Shown: positions 1-9,800 of the stretch, in pieces | Numbering within the stretch: the stretch's first letter is position 1 | How the letters are laid out: each line of letters starts with the position of its first letter | Assembly (NCBI GenBank): GCA_002418465.1 | Contig: DIEE01000077.1 | Span: 1 to 51,140, forward strand | Length of the DNA: 51,140 nucleotides | Origin: Pseudomonas sp. UBA5782 | Lineage (GTDB): Bacteria; Pseudomonadota; Gammaproteobacteria; Pseudomonadales; Pseudomonadaceae | Direction of reading: 5' to 3' | The notes under the pieces: generated by a model | The model's database searches: none | Told to the model about the DNA's origin: nothing | Seen by the model: only the letters and a program-made list of their open reading frames with translations | Translations under genes and position numbers: made by a program

Positions 1-2096
1 TGGCCCAGGTCGCGGCGCAGAATGCCGCCTGGCGCGAAGGCCGTCGCGCTGCTCCCGGCGCCCGGCAGCTGGATGCCACCCGACGCAACGAAGCCGGCGC
101 GGCGCCGGCGCAGAGCGAGCGCAGCGACAACCTGAGGCTGGTCGCTCCGGAAGCCGGCAGTGCCACCAGTGGCAGCGACACCGGCGGTACCGGTGGCGGC
201 AACAGCAAGGCGCTGGCGGACAAGCTGGCGGTGACCCAGGAAAGCCTCGACTCCTCGCGCCGGGAAAGCACCGAACTGAAGAGCCGTGTCGACGATCTGC
301 AAAGCCAGCTGGACAAGCTGCAACGCCTGATCCAGTTGAAGGACAGCCAACTGGCCAAGCTGCAGGCCAGCGTTGCCGAACAGGGGCAGGCTCCGGCGAC
401 TTCCACTTCCCCGGCGACGCCTGTACCTGCTCCCGCCGCGCCTGCCAATGGCCAGCCGGCTGCGCCGCAAGCTCCCGCTCCTGCCGAACAGCCGGGTGCG
501 ATCGAGCAAGCTCCGGCCGACGCCGCTGGCACTCCGGATACTGCGCCTGAGGCTGCAGCGCCGAACGAATCGGCTGCTCCTGCCGAACCTCAGGCCGAAC
601 AGGCTCCGACACCGGTAGCACCGACGCCGGAACCGGCTCCTGCCCAGCCGCTGCCAGCCGAAGAGCCCGACGAAGGCATCCTCGCCTCGCTGCTGGCCAA
701 TCCGACCATGCTCGCCCTGCTCGGCGGTGGCGCATTGCTGTTGTTGCTGGTCGCGCTGCTGATCATCTCGCGGCGCAATTCCGCCAGGGAGGCGGTCGAG
801 CAGAACAACGTGATCATCGGCGGTAACGACGACAGCGATAAGTTCGACAGCGACATGGGCCTGAGCGCCGGCGGCTTCGACGGCCTGGACGACGATCCGC
901 AGGTGGAGCTCTCCACGCCTCCCGCCAGCGAACGCACCATCCCGCAGACCGGCGACCCGCTCGGCGAGGCGGACATCTACATCGCCTACGGCCGCTTCAA
1001 CCAGGCGGCGGAATTGCTGCAGGGCGCCATCAACGACGAGCCACAACGTACCGATCTGCGCCTCAAGCTGATGGAGGTGTATGCCGAGCTGGGTGATCGC
1101 GACGGTTTCGTCCGCCAGGAAAACGAGCTGCGCGAGATGGGCGGCAGCACGGCCGACATCGACAAGCTCAAGCTCCGGTATCCGGCGATGAGCGCGCTGG
1201 CTGCCGCCGCGCTGGCCAGTGCCGCCGCCGCTGCCCGCGACGACGAGCCGGACGAATTCAACCTCGACGATCTCGCCATCGAGGAGCCTGCGCCCAGCGC
1301 CGCACTCGATGACGATGCATTCGATCTCGACGATCTCGATCTGGATTTCGACAGCGACCGCTCGCCGACCGCCCAAGCCGAGCCGGCCGACGATCTCGCC
1401 GATCTGTCGCTGGAAGACGACCTGCAGTTCGCCTCGACGCCGTCGACTGCCGCCGAGCCGGACCTGGATTTCGATCTAGATCTGGACAAGGAGGAAGGCG
1501 CAACCGGTCACGACCTGAGCGACGAGCTGGCCGACTTCAATCTGGACCTCGACGCCGAAGAAGAGCAAAAGCCGCTTTCTGCCGAAGACGACTTCCTCTT
1601 CAGTCTCGAGGACGAACCGGCGACCACTCCGGAAGTTGCCGCCGCCGAGGTGCCGAGCTTCGAGTTGCCGCAGGAGCCGTCGGTTGATCCGCGCAGTTCC
1701 GTCGATGCGCCGCTGTCGGATTTCGACCTGTCGCTGGATGACGACGAGCCGGCCAAGGACGACTTCGCCGCACAACTCGACCGGGTTGCCGCCCAGCTCG
1801 ATCAGAGGGGCGACGAGACGCCACCCGCCGCTCCGGTCCCGGTCGTCGATGAGCCGTTCGACGATCCCTTCGCCGACGCGCCTGTCAGCGCCGACAACCT
1901 GGCCGGGCCGAGCGACGAAGACGATTTCGACTTCCTCTCCGGCACCGACGAGACCGCGACCAAGCTGGATCTGGCGCGTGCCTACATCGACATGGGCGAC
2001 AGCGAAGGCGCCCGCGACATCCTCGACGAAGTGGTCGCCGAAGGCGACGATGCCCAGCAGCAGGAAGCACGCGAGCTGATTTCCCGACTGGTTTGA
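1..2096 (+). CDS. fimV: Polar landmark protein FimV/HubP (5'-truncated by the window edge)
   Basis: The frame is open from base 3 (AQVAAQNAAWREGR...). It encodes a coiled coil, a Pro/Ala-rich linker, one TM helix (LLGGGALLLLLVALLII), a TPR-like DPLGEADIYIAYGRFNQA segment, an acidic region and the C-terminal TKLDLARAYIDMGDSEGARDIL motif. Lies upstream of truA. Confidence 0.95.
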   Translation, partial: AQVAAQNAAWREGRRAAPGARQLDATRRNEAGAAPAQSERSDNLRLVAPEAGSATSGSDTGGTGGGNSKALADKLAVTQESLDSSRRESTELKSRVDDLQSQLDKLQRLIQLKDSQLAKLQASVAEQGQAPATSTSPATPVPAPAAPANGQPAAPQAPAPAEQPGAIEQAPADAAGTPDTAPEAAAPNESAAPAEPQAEQAPTPVAPTPEPAPAQPLPAEEPDEGILASLLANPTMLALLGGGALLLLLVALLIISRRNSAREAVEQNNVIIGGNDDSDKFDSDMGLSAGGFDGLDDDPQVELSTPPASERTIPQTGDPLGEADIYIAYGRFNQAAELLQGAINDEPQRTDLRLKLMEVYAELGDRDGFVRQENELREMGGSTADIDKLKLRYPAMSALAAAALASAAAAARDDEPDEFNLDDLAIEEPAPSAALDDDAFDLDDLDLDFDSDRSPTAQAEPADDLADLSLEDDLQFASTPSTAAEPDLDFDLDLDKEEGATGHDLSDELADFNLDLDAEEEQKPLSAEDDFLFSLEDEPATTPEVAAAEVPSFELPQEPSVDPRSSVDAPLSDFDLSLDDDEPAKDDFAAQLDRVAAQLDQRGDETPPAAPVPVVDEPFDDPFADAPVSADNLAGPSDEDDFDFLSGTDETATKLDLARAYIDMGDSEGARDILDEVVAEGDDAQQQEARELISRLV

Positions 2097-2099
2097 TAA

Positions 2100-2966
2100 A
2101 TGACTGATGCAGTACCCGAAGCGGCAGCCCCAGTGGCTGCCGCTGGCTTTTTCAGAGTGGCCCTTGGCGTTGAATACCGTGGAACCCGCTATCGCGGCTT
2201 CCAGCGTCAGCGCGCCGGCGTTCCTTCGATTCAGGAGTCCCTCGAAAAGGCCCTGTCCAAGGTTGCCGGCGGGGCGCCGGTCACCCTCAGCTGCGCCGGG
2301 CGCACCGATGCGCTGGTGCATGCCAGTGGCCAGGTGGTGCACTTCGATACCTCGGTGGAGCGCACGCTCCACTCCTGGATCATGGGCGCCAACCTGAATC
2401 TTCCCGCGGACATCAGCGTGACCTGGGCCAAGTTCATGCCGCGCGAGTTCGATGCGCGCTTCTCGGCCATGGCCCGTCGCTATCGCTACGTCATCTACAA
2501 CGACCAGATCCGACCGGCGCACATGGCCGAGGAGGTGACCTGGAATCATCGCCCGCTGGACATCTCGCGCATGCGCGAGGCGGCGCGCAGCCTGGTCGGC
2601 ACGCATGATTTCAGTGCCTTCCGGGCGCGCCAGTGCCAGGCGAAGTCGCCGGTCAAGACCATCCATCATCTGGAGCTGATCGAGCACGGCCGCTTCATCG
2701 TTCTGGACATCCGCGCCAACGCCTTCCTCCATCACATGGTGCGCAACATCGCCGGCGTGCTGATGACCATCGGCGCCGGCGAACGCCCGGTGGAGTGGGC
2801 GCGGGAAGTGCTGGAAACCCGCGTGCGGCGAACCGGTGGCGTGACCGCGCACCCATTCGGCCTGTATCTGGTTCAGGTGGAATATCCAGCGCAGTTCGAG
2901 CTGCCGCAGCGCTACCTCGGGCCGCACTTCCTTTCCGGTCTGCCGGACGTCATGGCTGACGCCTAG
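2100..2966 (+). CDS. truA: tRNA pseudouridine(38-40) synthase
   Basis: Catalytic [11 protein letters not shown] motif, GTHDFSAFR and [11 protein letters not shown]; fimV-truA-trpF synteny. Confidence 0.97.
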   Translation: MTDAVPEAAAPVAAAGFFRVALGVEYRGTRYRGFQRQRAGVPSIQESLEKALSKVAGGAPVTLSCAGRTDALVHASGQVVHFDTSVERTLHSWIMGANLNLPADISVTWAKFMPREFDARFSAMARRYRYVIYNDQIRPAHMAEEVTWNHRPLDISRMREAARSLVGTHDFSAFRARQCQAKSPVKTIHHLELIEHGRFIVLDIRANAFLHHMVRNIAGVLMTIGAGERPVEWAREVLETRVRRTGGVTAHPFGLYLVQVEYPAQFELPQRYLGPHFLSGLPDVMADA

Positions 2967-3018
2967 GGACTCATTTGCTACCATCCGGGGTTATCAGGAA
3001 TCCCGAGGTCCTCGCAAC

Positions 3019-3648
3019 TTGCCAGCCGTTCGCAGCAAAATCTGCGGTATTACCCGCATCGAAGACGCCCTCGCCGCCGTTGGCGCCGGTGCCGATGCGA
3101 TCGGCCTGGTGTTCTACCCGCGCAGCCCGCGTGCGGTTTCCGTGCAGCAGGCGCGGGCGATCATCGCGGCGCTGCCGCCGTTCGTCACAACCGTTGGCCT
3201 GTTCGTCGATGCCAGCCGCTGCGAACTGGGCGAAATCCTCGACGCCGTGCCGCTCGATCTCCTGCAGTTCCACGGCGACGAAAGCGCGGAGGCCTGCGAC
3301 GGCTACCACCGGCCGTTCATCAAGGCACTGCGGGTAAAGCCGGGCGATGACATCGCCGCGCTGGCCGCCCGCTATCCAAAGGCCAGCGGCATTCTTCTCG
3401 ACGCCTACGTGCCGGGGATTCCCGGTGGCACCGGCGAGTCCTTCGATTGGTCGCTGATCCCGCGGGAACTGTCCAAGCCATTGATTCTCGCCGGCGGCCT
3501 TACTCCCGGGAATGTCGCGGCGGCGGTGCGCGAGGTGCGTCCTTACGCGGTGGACGTCAGTGGTGGCGTCGAGGCAAGCAAGGGCATCAAGGATGCGCAG
3601 AAGATTCGCGCGTTCATCGACGCCGTCAACGGCGCTTCGGCGGCGTGA
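3019..3648 (+). CDS. trpF: Phosphoribosylanthranilate isomerase
   Basis: [23 protein letters not shown] and DVSGGVE motifs; TTG start. Confidence 0.96.
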   Translation: MPAVRSKICGITRIEDALAAVGAGADAIGLVFYPRSPRAVSVQQARAIIAALPPFVTTVGLFVDASRCELGEILDAVPLDLLQFHGDESAEACDGYHRPFIKALRVKPGDDIAALAARYPKASGILLDAYVPGIPGGTGESFDWSLIPRELSKPLILAGGLTPGNVAAAVREVRPYAVDVSGGVEASKGIKDAQKIRAFIDAVNGASAA

Positions 3649-3952
3649 GCATGGCCTCGGTGGCGAGGGCGGACGTGCGCGATGACGGCGTTCATGTGAC
3701 GGCCTTCCTTCGTCTGCCGTCCACTAGCACTGATGTGTCGTCGATGCGGCTGCGCAGCGCCCTGCGCGCCGTGATGCGCCTGCCGACGAACTGTTTCCCG
3801 ACCCGCGTGCCTGCTCCAGCGAGCGGCGGCGCGGGTCAGCCCGGCACCATGGGTGCCAGGCATGCCGAATGCGCCCTTCGCGGCTGCGACCTTGAATCCG
3901 CCCGGCAAGCGCCCTCGTGGCGCTCGGGCCCGAAGCTTTGGAGAACGACAGC

Positions 3953-4855
3953 ATGAGCAACTGGCTGGTAGACAAGCTTATCCCCTCGATCATGCGGTCC
4001 GAGGTGAAGAAGAGTTCCGTGCCCGAGGGGCTCTGGCACAAGTGCCCGTCCTGCGAGGCGGTGCTGTACAAGCCCGAGCTGGAAAAGACCCTCGACGTCT
4101 GCCCCAAGTGCAACCACCACATGCGCATCGATGCGCGTGCGCGGCTGAACATTTTCCTCGATGCCGATGGCCGTGAGGAAATCGGCGCCGAGCTGGAGCC
4201 GGTGGATCGCCTGAAGTTTCGTGACAGCAAGAAGTACAAGGACCGCCTGGCCGCCGCGCAGAAGGACACCGGCGAGAAGGATGCGCTGATCGCCATGAGC
4301 GGCACGCTGCAGGAGATTCCGGTGGTCGCCGTGGCCTTCGAATTCTCCTTCATGGGTGGCTCGATGGGCGCCGTGGTAGGTGAGCGCTTCGTGCGCGCCG
4401 CCAACGTCGCCCTCGAGCAGCGCTGTCCGATGCTGTGCTTCTCCGCTTCCGGCGGTGCGCGCATGCAGGAGGCGCTGATCTCGCTGATGCAGATGGCGAA
4501 GACTTCCGCGGTGCTGGCGCGCTTGCGCGAAGAGGGCCTGCCGTTCATTTCCGTGCTGACCGACCCGGTTTACGGCGGCGTTTCGGCCAGCCTGGCGATG
4601 CTCGGTGACGTGATCGTCGCCGAGCCCAAGGCGCTGATCGGCTTTGCCGGCCCGCGCGTGATCGAGCAGACCGTGCGCGAAAAGCTGCCGGAAGGCTTCC
4701 AGCGCAGCGAATTCCTCCTCGATCACGGCGCCATCGACATGATCATCCACCGCGCCGAACTGCGTCCGCGCCTGGCGCGTCTGCTCGCCCAGCTCATGGG
4801 TCGTCCGAGCCCCGTGCATTCGGCGGCGCCGGTTCCGGCTCCCGTCGAGGCATGA
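3953..4855 (+). CDS. accD: Acetyl-CoA carboxylase carboxyltransferase beta subunit
   Basis: [15 protein letters not shown] start after a GGAG RBS; CPSC..CPKC zinc finger; FMGGSMG and SGGARMQE. Confidence 0.97.
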   Translation: MSNWLVDKLIPSIMRSEVKKSSVPEGLWHKCPSCEAVLYKPELEKTLDVCPKCNHHMRIDARARLNIFLDADGREEIGAELEPVDRLKFRDSKKYKDRLAAAQKDTGEKDALIAMSGTLQEIPVVAVAFEFSFMGGSMGAVVGERFVRAANVALEQRCPMLCFSASGGARMQEALISLMQMAKTSAVLARLREEGLPFISVLTDPVYGGVSASLAMLGDVIVAEPKALIGFAGPRVIEQTVREKLPEGFQRSEFLLDHGAIDMIIHRAELRPRLARLLAQLMGRPSPVHSAAPVPAPVEA

Positions 4856-6318
4856 CCGAACGCAGCCTCGGCGACTGGCTCGCTTACCTGGAGCAACTGC
4901 ACCCCACGGCCATCGAAATGGGTCTGGAGCGCTCCCGGGAAGCCGCCCGGCGCCTCGGGCTGGGGCGACCGGCGCCGCGGGTGATCACCGTCACCGGCAC
5001 CAACGGCAAGGGTTCGACCTGCGCCTTCCTCGCCGAGCTGATGCGCTCGCAGGGACTGCGAGTGGGCGTCTACAGCTCGCCACACCTGCTGCGCTACAAC
5101 GAGCGCGTCTCCTTGAATGGCGTCGAAGCCAGCGACGCGCAGCTGTGCGAGGCGTTCGCTGCGGTCGAGGCCGCCCGTGGCGAGATTTCCCTGACCTATT
5201 TCGAAATGGGCACGCTGGCTGCATTCTGGCTGTTCGAGCGCGCCGGGCTTGATGCCGTGGTGCTCGAGGTCGGTCTTGGCGGGCGGCTGGATGCGGTCAA
5301 CCTGATCGACACCGACCTGGCGCTGGTCACCAGCATCGGTCTGGATCATGCCGACTGGCTCGGCGACAGTCGCGAGTCGGTGGCCTTCGAGAAGGCCGGC
5401 ATCCTGCGCGCCGGCAAGCCGGCCCTGTGCGGCGACCTCGACCCACCGAAGCCCTTGCTGGACAGGGCTGCCGAACTCGGCGCGCCGCTGTGGTTGCGCG
5501 GTCGTGATTACGATCTGGGCGTGGCCGAACAGGTCTGGCACTGGCAGGGGCGCGATGCGGCCGGCCGGGTGCTGGAGCTGCACGATCTGCCGTTGCTCGA
5601 CCTGCCGATGGAAAACGCCGCGCTGGCGCTGCAGGCCTTCGCACTGCTGGAGCTGGGCTGGCAGCCGTCAGTCATCTGCGAGGCGCTGCTGCGCACGCGC
5701 GTCACCGGGCGCCTGGATCATCGGTCAATCCGCTGGCGCGGCAAGTCCCTGACACTGTTGCTCGATGTTGGGCATAATCCCCATGCCGCCGACTACCTGG
5801 CGCGCCGTCTTGCGGCGAAGTCGATCGGCGGGCAGCGCCTGGCGGTGTTCGGGCTGTTGAGCGACAAGGATCTGGCCGGCGTGCTGCAGCCGCTGTTGCC
5901 GCAGATTGCCCACTGGGCCGTCGCTGCGCTACCGACGTCGCGCTCCAGGCCGGCGGCCGAACTGCTCGCCGCGATGCAGCGTGAAGGCGTGCCGGGCGGG
6001 CCGATCAACACCGTGGCGCAGGTGCTGGATGATCCGCAGGTGCAGGCGCGAGGAATGCTGCAGTCGCTGCAGCGCGATGACGGCACCACCATCAGCGTGC
6101 TCGGCTACCCGGCCAAGCTCTCCCTCACCCCGGCGAGCTATCGGCAGGCACCACCGCGTTTCGGCCAGGACACCGCGGCGTTGTTGCAGGAGCGGTTACG
6201 GCTCAGCCCGGAAGACATCGCCGCCCTGATGCGTGACGGCGTGCTCGGTGGTGACGCACGGGCGCCGAGGCTCGACGCCGTGCAGGCGCTGCCGACAGCA
6301 CCGTCCAGCGTCGGTTGA
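4852..6318 (+). CDS. folC: Folylpolyglutamate/dihydrofolate synthase with an aberrant, chimeric C-terminus (last ~115 aa are CoA-transferase III-like)
   Basis: [11 protein letters not shown]-loop, [21 protein letters not shown] and LDVGHNPHA. After SRPAAEL (~5965) the sequence no longer resembles FolC. Confidence 0.9.
   Translation: MTERSLGDWLAYLEQLHPTAIEMGLERSREAARRLGLGRPAPRVITVTGTNGKGSTCAFLAELMRSQGLRVGVYSSPHLLRYNERVSLNGVEASDAQLCEAFAAVEAARGEISLTYFEMGTLAAFWLFERAGLDAVVLEVGLGGRLDAVNLIDTDLALVTSIGLDHADWLGDSRESVAFEKAGILRAGKPALCGDLDPPKPLLDRAAELGAPLWLRGRDYDLGVAEQVWHWQGRDAAGRVLELHDLPLLDLPMENAALALQAFALLELGWQPSVICEALLRTRVTGRLDHRSIRWRGKSLTLLLDVGHNPHAADYLARRLAAKSIGGQRLAVFGLLSDKDLAGVLQPLLPQIAHWAVAALPTSRSRPAAELLAAMQREGVPGGPINTVAQVLDDPQVQARGMLQSLQRDDGTTISVLGYPAKLSLTPASYRQAPPRFGQDTAALLQERLRLSPEDIAALMRDGVLGGDARAPRLDAVQALPTAPSSVG
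5965..6318 (+). pseudogene. 3' fragment of a CaiB/BaiF (class III) CoA-transferase gene, in frame with folC
   Basis: [24 protein letters not shown]...[46 protein letters not shown] matches the typical CaiB/BaiF C-terminal pattern (GVP.gPI....v..DP....R ... PP.lG.ht...L..lG.s..eI..L...GV). Confidence 0.85.
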
Positions 6319-6336
6319 GAAGGTGAAGGCGCGGCT

Positions 6337-6654
6337 TCAGCCGCGCTTCTTCAGCAGGTGCGGGGCGATGCTCAGGTCGTTGCTGGCCTGCAGACTGCGC
6401 CGGCATTTGCGCCAGAGCAGGATCGCCAACAGCAACAGGATCAGACCGCCGCCGAGCAGCACGCCGGCTTCGCTCGGGGTGTCGGTGAATTCGCCCAGCG
6501 CCAGCGGATGGCCGAGCAGGGTGGCGGCGCCGGTGAAGCCCATCAGCAGGCCGACGATGCCGATCAGCAACGCGAGCAAGGCCGCGAAGCGCCACAGCCA
6601 GCGGCCGGGCTTGCGTGGCCGCAGACTGCGGGCGTAGCTATCGGATGACTTCAT
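6337..6654 (-). CDS. Small hypothetical membrane protein (2 TM helices)
   Basis: 105 aa with two hydrophobic stretches and a basic tail (SNDLSIAPHLLKKRG); GAGGAAAGG RBS; lies downstream of the isochorismatase-family gene. Confidence 0.75.
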   Translation of the reverse strand: MKSSDSYARSLRPRKPGRWLWRFAALLALLIGIVGLLMGFTGAATLLGHPLALGEFTDTPSEAGVLLGGGLILLLLAILLWRKCRRSLQASNDLSIAPHLLKKRG

Positions 6655-6736
6655 TCAGAACCCTTTCCTCTCGAAATATCGGCCTATGACTCGCTCAGGG
6701 CGGTCGGGTTCCTCGGCGCGCCGCAGCGCGTCCGAT

Positions 6737-7330
6737 TCAGATCAAGGCCTTGGCGTCGGCAACCACGGTGGCGAAGTTGTCGGCGAGGGCGGCCACTTCG
6801 ACCTTGTGCAGGTCGGCGGCGCTGAGGATGGACGCGCCCATCGGCACGTCGCGGGTGGCGCAGGCGGCGTCAACCAGCGTGCAGCGGTAGCCGTAATCCT
6901 TGGCTGCGCGCACGGTGGTACTGACGCTGGAGTGGGTCATGAACCCGCAGACGATCAGGTCCAGGTGACCGATGGCGAGCAGGCGATCATGCAGGTCGGT
7001 GCCGGCGAAGGCGTTCGGTAGGCGCTTCTCGACCACGGTTTCGCCGGCCTGCGGCGCCAGCTCGGGGAGAAACTCGCCGCGCGGGCCCTGCGGGTCGAAC
7101 AGGCCGCCGGGAATGCCCAGGTGGCGCACGTGGACGATCGGGCGACCGTGCTGGCGCGCGACGGCGAGCAGGCTGGCGATCTCGTCGACCGCCGCTTGCA
7201 GGCCAGGCAGGACCATCGCACCGCTGCGATATTCTTCCTGCGCATCGATGATCAACAGCGTGGCGTTACCCAGGCTGGCCGGTGCATAACCACGGCCGCT
7301 GAGCTGGAACAGGGTTTGCGGCATGGACAT
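6737..7330 (-). CDS. Isochorismatase-family (cysteine hydrolase-like) protein
   Basis: C-terminal 197 aa of the 998-aa ORF, starting MSMPQTLFQLSG after a GAGG RBS. Motifs LLIIDAQEEY, VEKRLPNAF and CGFMTHSSVSTTVR. Confidence 0.9.
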   Translation of the reverse strand: MSMPQTLFQLSGRGYAPASLGNATLLIIDAQEEYRSGAMVLPGLQAAVDEIASLLAVARQHGRPIVHVRHLGIPGGLFDPQGPRGEFLPELAPQAGETVVEKRLPNAFAGTDLHDRLLAIGHLDLIVCGFMTHSSVSTTVRAAKDYGYRCTLVDAACATRDVPMGASILSAADLHKVEVAALADNFATVVADAKALI

Positions 7331-7498
7331 GGCGGAAATCCTCTCAGTGCAACATCCACCAATTGTCACCTGCCGGCTCGCGGATGTGAATCGATAAAAA
7401 AATGGCCGCGATGGCGGCGCCGTTTCAGCGCTTTGCCGCGCGGTGTTTCGCCGCCGGCCTTCGGCTAAACTGGCACTCTTTTGCCTTGGAGCATCGCC

Positions 7499-8422
7499 GT
7501 GACCGCTTCGTCTTCCCGCCTGCGCAGCCTGCGCGATCACATCCGCTGGGCCGTCAGCCGCTTCCATGCCGAGGAGCTGTTCTTTGGTCACGGCACGGAT
7601 AACGCCTGGGACGAAGCGCGTGAACTGGTACTCGGTGCGCTGCACCTGCCCTACGAAATCGCCGACAGCTACCTCGATTGCCGCCTGGAAGACGACGAGC
7701 GCGACGCCCTGCAGGCGTTGCTGCGGCGGCGCATCGAAGAGCGCGTACCCACCGCCTACCTGCTCGGCGAGGCGTGGTTCTGCGGCCTTCCGTTCCTGGT
7801 CGACGAGCGCGTGCTGGTGCCGCGCTCGCCCATCGCCGAGCTGATCGACGGGCACTTCACGCCGTGGCTGGCCAGCGAGCCGCAACGCATCCTCGACCTC
7901 TGCACCGGCTCCGGCTGCATCGGCATCGCCTGCGCCTACGCCTTCCCGGAGGCCGAAGTGCTGCTCGCGGACCTGTCCTTCGACGCCCTGGAAGTCGCCA
8001 ACCAGAACATCGAGCGGCATGAGCTCGAAGCGCGCGTGCATACCGTGCAGGGCGATGGCTTCGACGGCCTGCCGGGCCAGCGTTTCGATCTGATCGTCTC
8101 CAATCCGCCTTATGTGGATGCCGAGGATTTCGCCGACATGCCCGCCGAGTACCACCACGAGCCGGCGATGGGCCTGGCGTGCGGCGATGACGGCCTGGAT
8201 CTGGTGCGACGGATGCTCGCCGAGGCGGCCGACCACCTCACCGAGCGCGGCCTGCTGATCGTCGAGGTGGGCAACAGCCAGGTGCACGTTGAGGCGTTGT
8301 ACCCCGAGGTGCGCTTCACCTGGCTGGAGTTCGCCCGCGGCGGTCACGGCGTGTTCCTGCTGGGCGCCGCCCAGTGCCGCGAGCATCAGGCGCTGTTCCG
8401 CTCGCGAGTCGCTGCCAGCTGA
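7499..8422 (+). CDS. prmB: 50S ribosomal protein L3 N5-glutamine methyltransferase
   Basis: [35 protein letters not shown] and SNPPY; GTG start after GGAG. Confidence 0.96.
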   Translation: MTASSSRLRSLRDHIRWAVSRFHAEELFFGHGTDNAWDEARELVLGALHLPYEIADSYLDCRLEDDERDALQALLRRRIEERVPTAYLLGEAWFCGLPFLVDERVLVPRSPIAELIDGHFTPWLASEPQRILDLCTGSGCIGIACAYAFPEAEVLLADLSFDALEVANQNIERHELEARVHTVQGDGFDGLPGQRFDLIVSNPPYVDAEDFADMPAEYHHEPAMGLACGDDGLDLVRRMLAEAADHLTERGLLIVEVGNSQVHVEALYPEVRFTWLEFARGGHGVFLLGAAQCREHQALFRSRVAAS

Positions 8423-8465
8423 CGGCGCGAATACCGCCACCCGTGGCGCAACTGGCTGATTGAAA

Positions 8466-8483
8466 ACCAAGCAAGCGCTCGGT
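8466..8483. promoter_or_regulatory. Imperfect palindrome, putative repressor operator upstream of the acyl-CoA dehydrogenase
   Basis: ACCAAGC-AAGC-GCTCGGT, a 7-bp inverted repeat with 1 mismatch, ~32 bp before the ATG. Confidence 0.45.
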
Positions 8484-8515
8484 ATGGTCCTCGTAGACCT
8501 TACCGGAGCCGCACC

Positions 8516-9664
8516 ATGTCCGTCTTCCAGGAGTATTTCGAGCCGTCCCACCAGTTGGTCCGCGATTCGGTACGGCGCTTCGTCGAGCGGGAAATCCTTC
8601 CGCAGGTCGATGCCTGGGAGGAGCAGGGCAGTTTCCCGCTGGAACTGTATCGCCAGGCCGGCGCCGCCGGCATTCTCGGTATCGGCTACCCGGAAGGCTT
8701 CGGCGGCAGCCATGAGGGCGACCTGTTCGCCAAGGTCGCGGCCAGCGAAGAGCTGATGCGCTGCGGTTCCGGTGGTCTGGTGGCCGGGCTGGGCTCGCTG
8801 GACATCGGTTTGCCGCCGGTGCTGCGCTGGGCGCTTCCGGCGCTGCGCGAGCGGGTGGTGCCGGCCGTGCTGGCGGGGGAAAAGATCATCGCCCTGGCGG
8901 TCACCGAACCCTCGGGCGGTTCGGACGTCGCCAACCTGAAGACCCGCGCTGTGCGCGAGGGCGACTTCTATCGGGTCAACGGCGGCAAGACCTTCATCAC
9001 CAGCGGCGCACGCGCGGACTACTTCACGGTGGCGGTGCGTACCGGCGACATCGGTTTCGGCGGCATCAGCCTGTTGCTGATCGAAAAGGGCACGCCGGGT
9101 TTTCGCGTCGGCCAGCCGCTGAAGAAGATGGGCTGGTGGGCCTCGGATACCGCCGAGCTGTTCTTCGACGCCTGCCTGGTGCCGCGGGAAAACCTGATCG
9201 GCGCGGAAAATGCCGGCTTCGCCTGCATCATGGCCAACTTCCAGTCCGAGCGACTGGCCCTGGCGATCATGGCCAACATGACGGCGCAGCTGGCGCTGGA
9301 GGAGGCGCTGCGCTGGGCCCGCGAGCGCGAGGCCTTCGGCCGGCCGATCGGCAAGTTCCAGGTGCTCAAGCACCGCCTCGCGGAGATGGCCACCCAGCTC
9401 GAGGCCTCGCGTGAGTTCACCTACCGCCAGGCGGCGAAGATGGCGGCCGGGAGGACCCTGATCAGGGAAATCTCCATGGCCAAGAACATCGCCACCGACG
9501 CCGCCGAGCGCATCACTTACGACGCGGTGCAGATTCTCGGCGGCATGGGCTACATGCGCGAAAGCCTGGTCGAACGGCTGTATCGCGACGTGCGAATCCT
9601 TTCGATCGGCGGCGGCTCGCGGGAAATCATGAACGAGATCATCGCCAAGCAGATGGGGCTGTAG
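8516..9664 (+). CDS. Acyl-CoA dehydrogenase family protein
   Basis: ALAVTEPSGGSDVA, NGGKTFITSG, REAFGRPIGKFQ, QILGGMGY and IGGGSREIM. Confidence 0.95.
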   Translation: MSVFQEYFEPSHQLVRDSVRRFVEREILPQVDAWEEQGSFPLELYRQAGAAGILGIGYPEGFGGSHEGDLFAKVAASEELMRCGSGGLVAGLGSLDIGLPPVLRWALPALRERVVPAVLAGEKIIALAVTEPSGGSDVANLKTRAVREGDFYRVNGGKTFITSGARADYFTVAVRTGDIGFGGISLLLIEKGTPGFRVGQPLKKMGWWASDTAELFFDACLVPRENLIGAENAGFACIMANFQSERLALAIMANMTAQLALEEALRWAREREAFGRPIGKFQVLKHRLAEMATQLEASREFTYRQAAKMAAGRTLIREISMAKNIATDAAERITYDAVQILGGMGYMRESLVERLYRDVRILSIGGGSREIMNEIIAKQMGL

Positions 9665-9743
9665 CGCGACGGGGCGGGCAAATTGCAACCCGCGCCGGAG
9701 CCTTTCATGCAGTTTGAAACTTGACGCGGCCAATCGCGAATCG

Positions 9744-9800
9744 CAACTCGTTGTTTATAAAGGAATCGTATTCTTGCTTCAAGCTGGCCCGTTGCTTGCT
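9744..9800 (+). promoter_or_regulatory. Putative sigma-54 promoter (-24/-12) with an upstream IHF-like site
   Basis: CTGGCCCGTTGCTTGCT at 9784-9800 (GG-N10-GC). AAACAACGAGTTG on the minus strand at 9744-9756 is 1 mismatch from the IHF consensus WATCAANNNNTTR, in an AT-rich patch. Confidence 0.6.

Noticed and set aside
380..1950. Pro/Ala-rich and acidic (LDLD) low-complexity repeats
   Set aside because: Normal FimV linker composition, not a DNA repeat array or CRISPR.
7470..7486. TGGCAC...TTGC upstream of prmB as a sigma-54 promoter
   Set aside because: The GG-to-GC spacing is 9 nt rather than the required 10.
6737..9733. 998-aa minus-strand ORF
   Set aside because: Only the last 197 aa are a real protein. 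The rest is an antisense shadow of prmB and the acyl-CoA dehydrogenase, typical of high-GC DNA.
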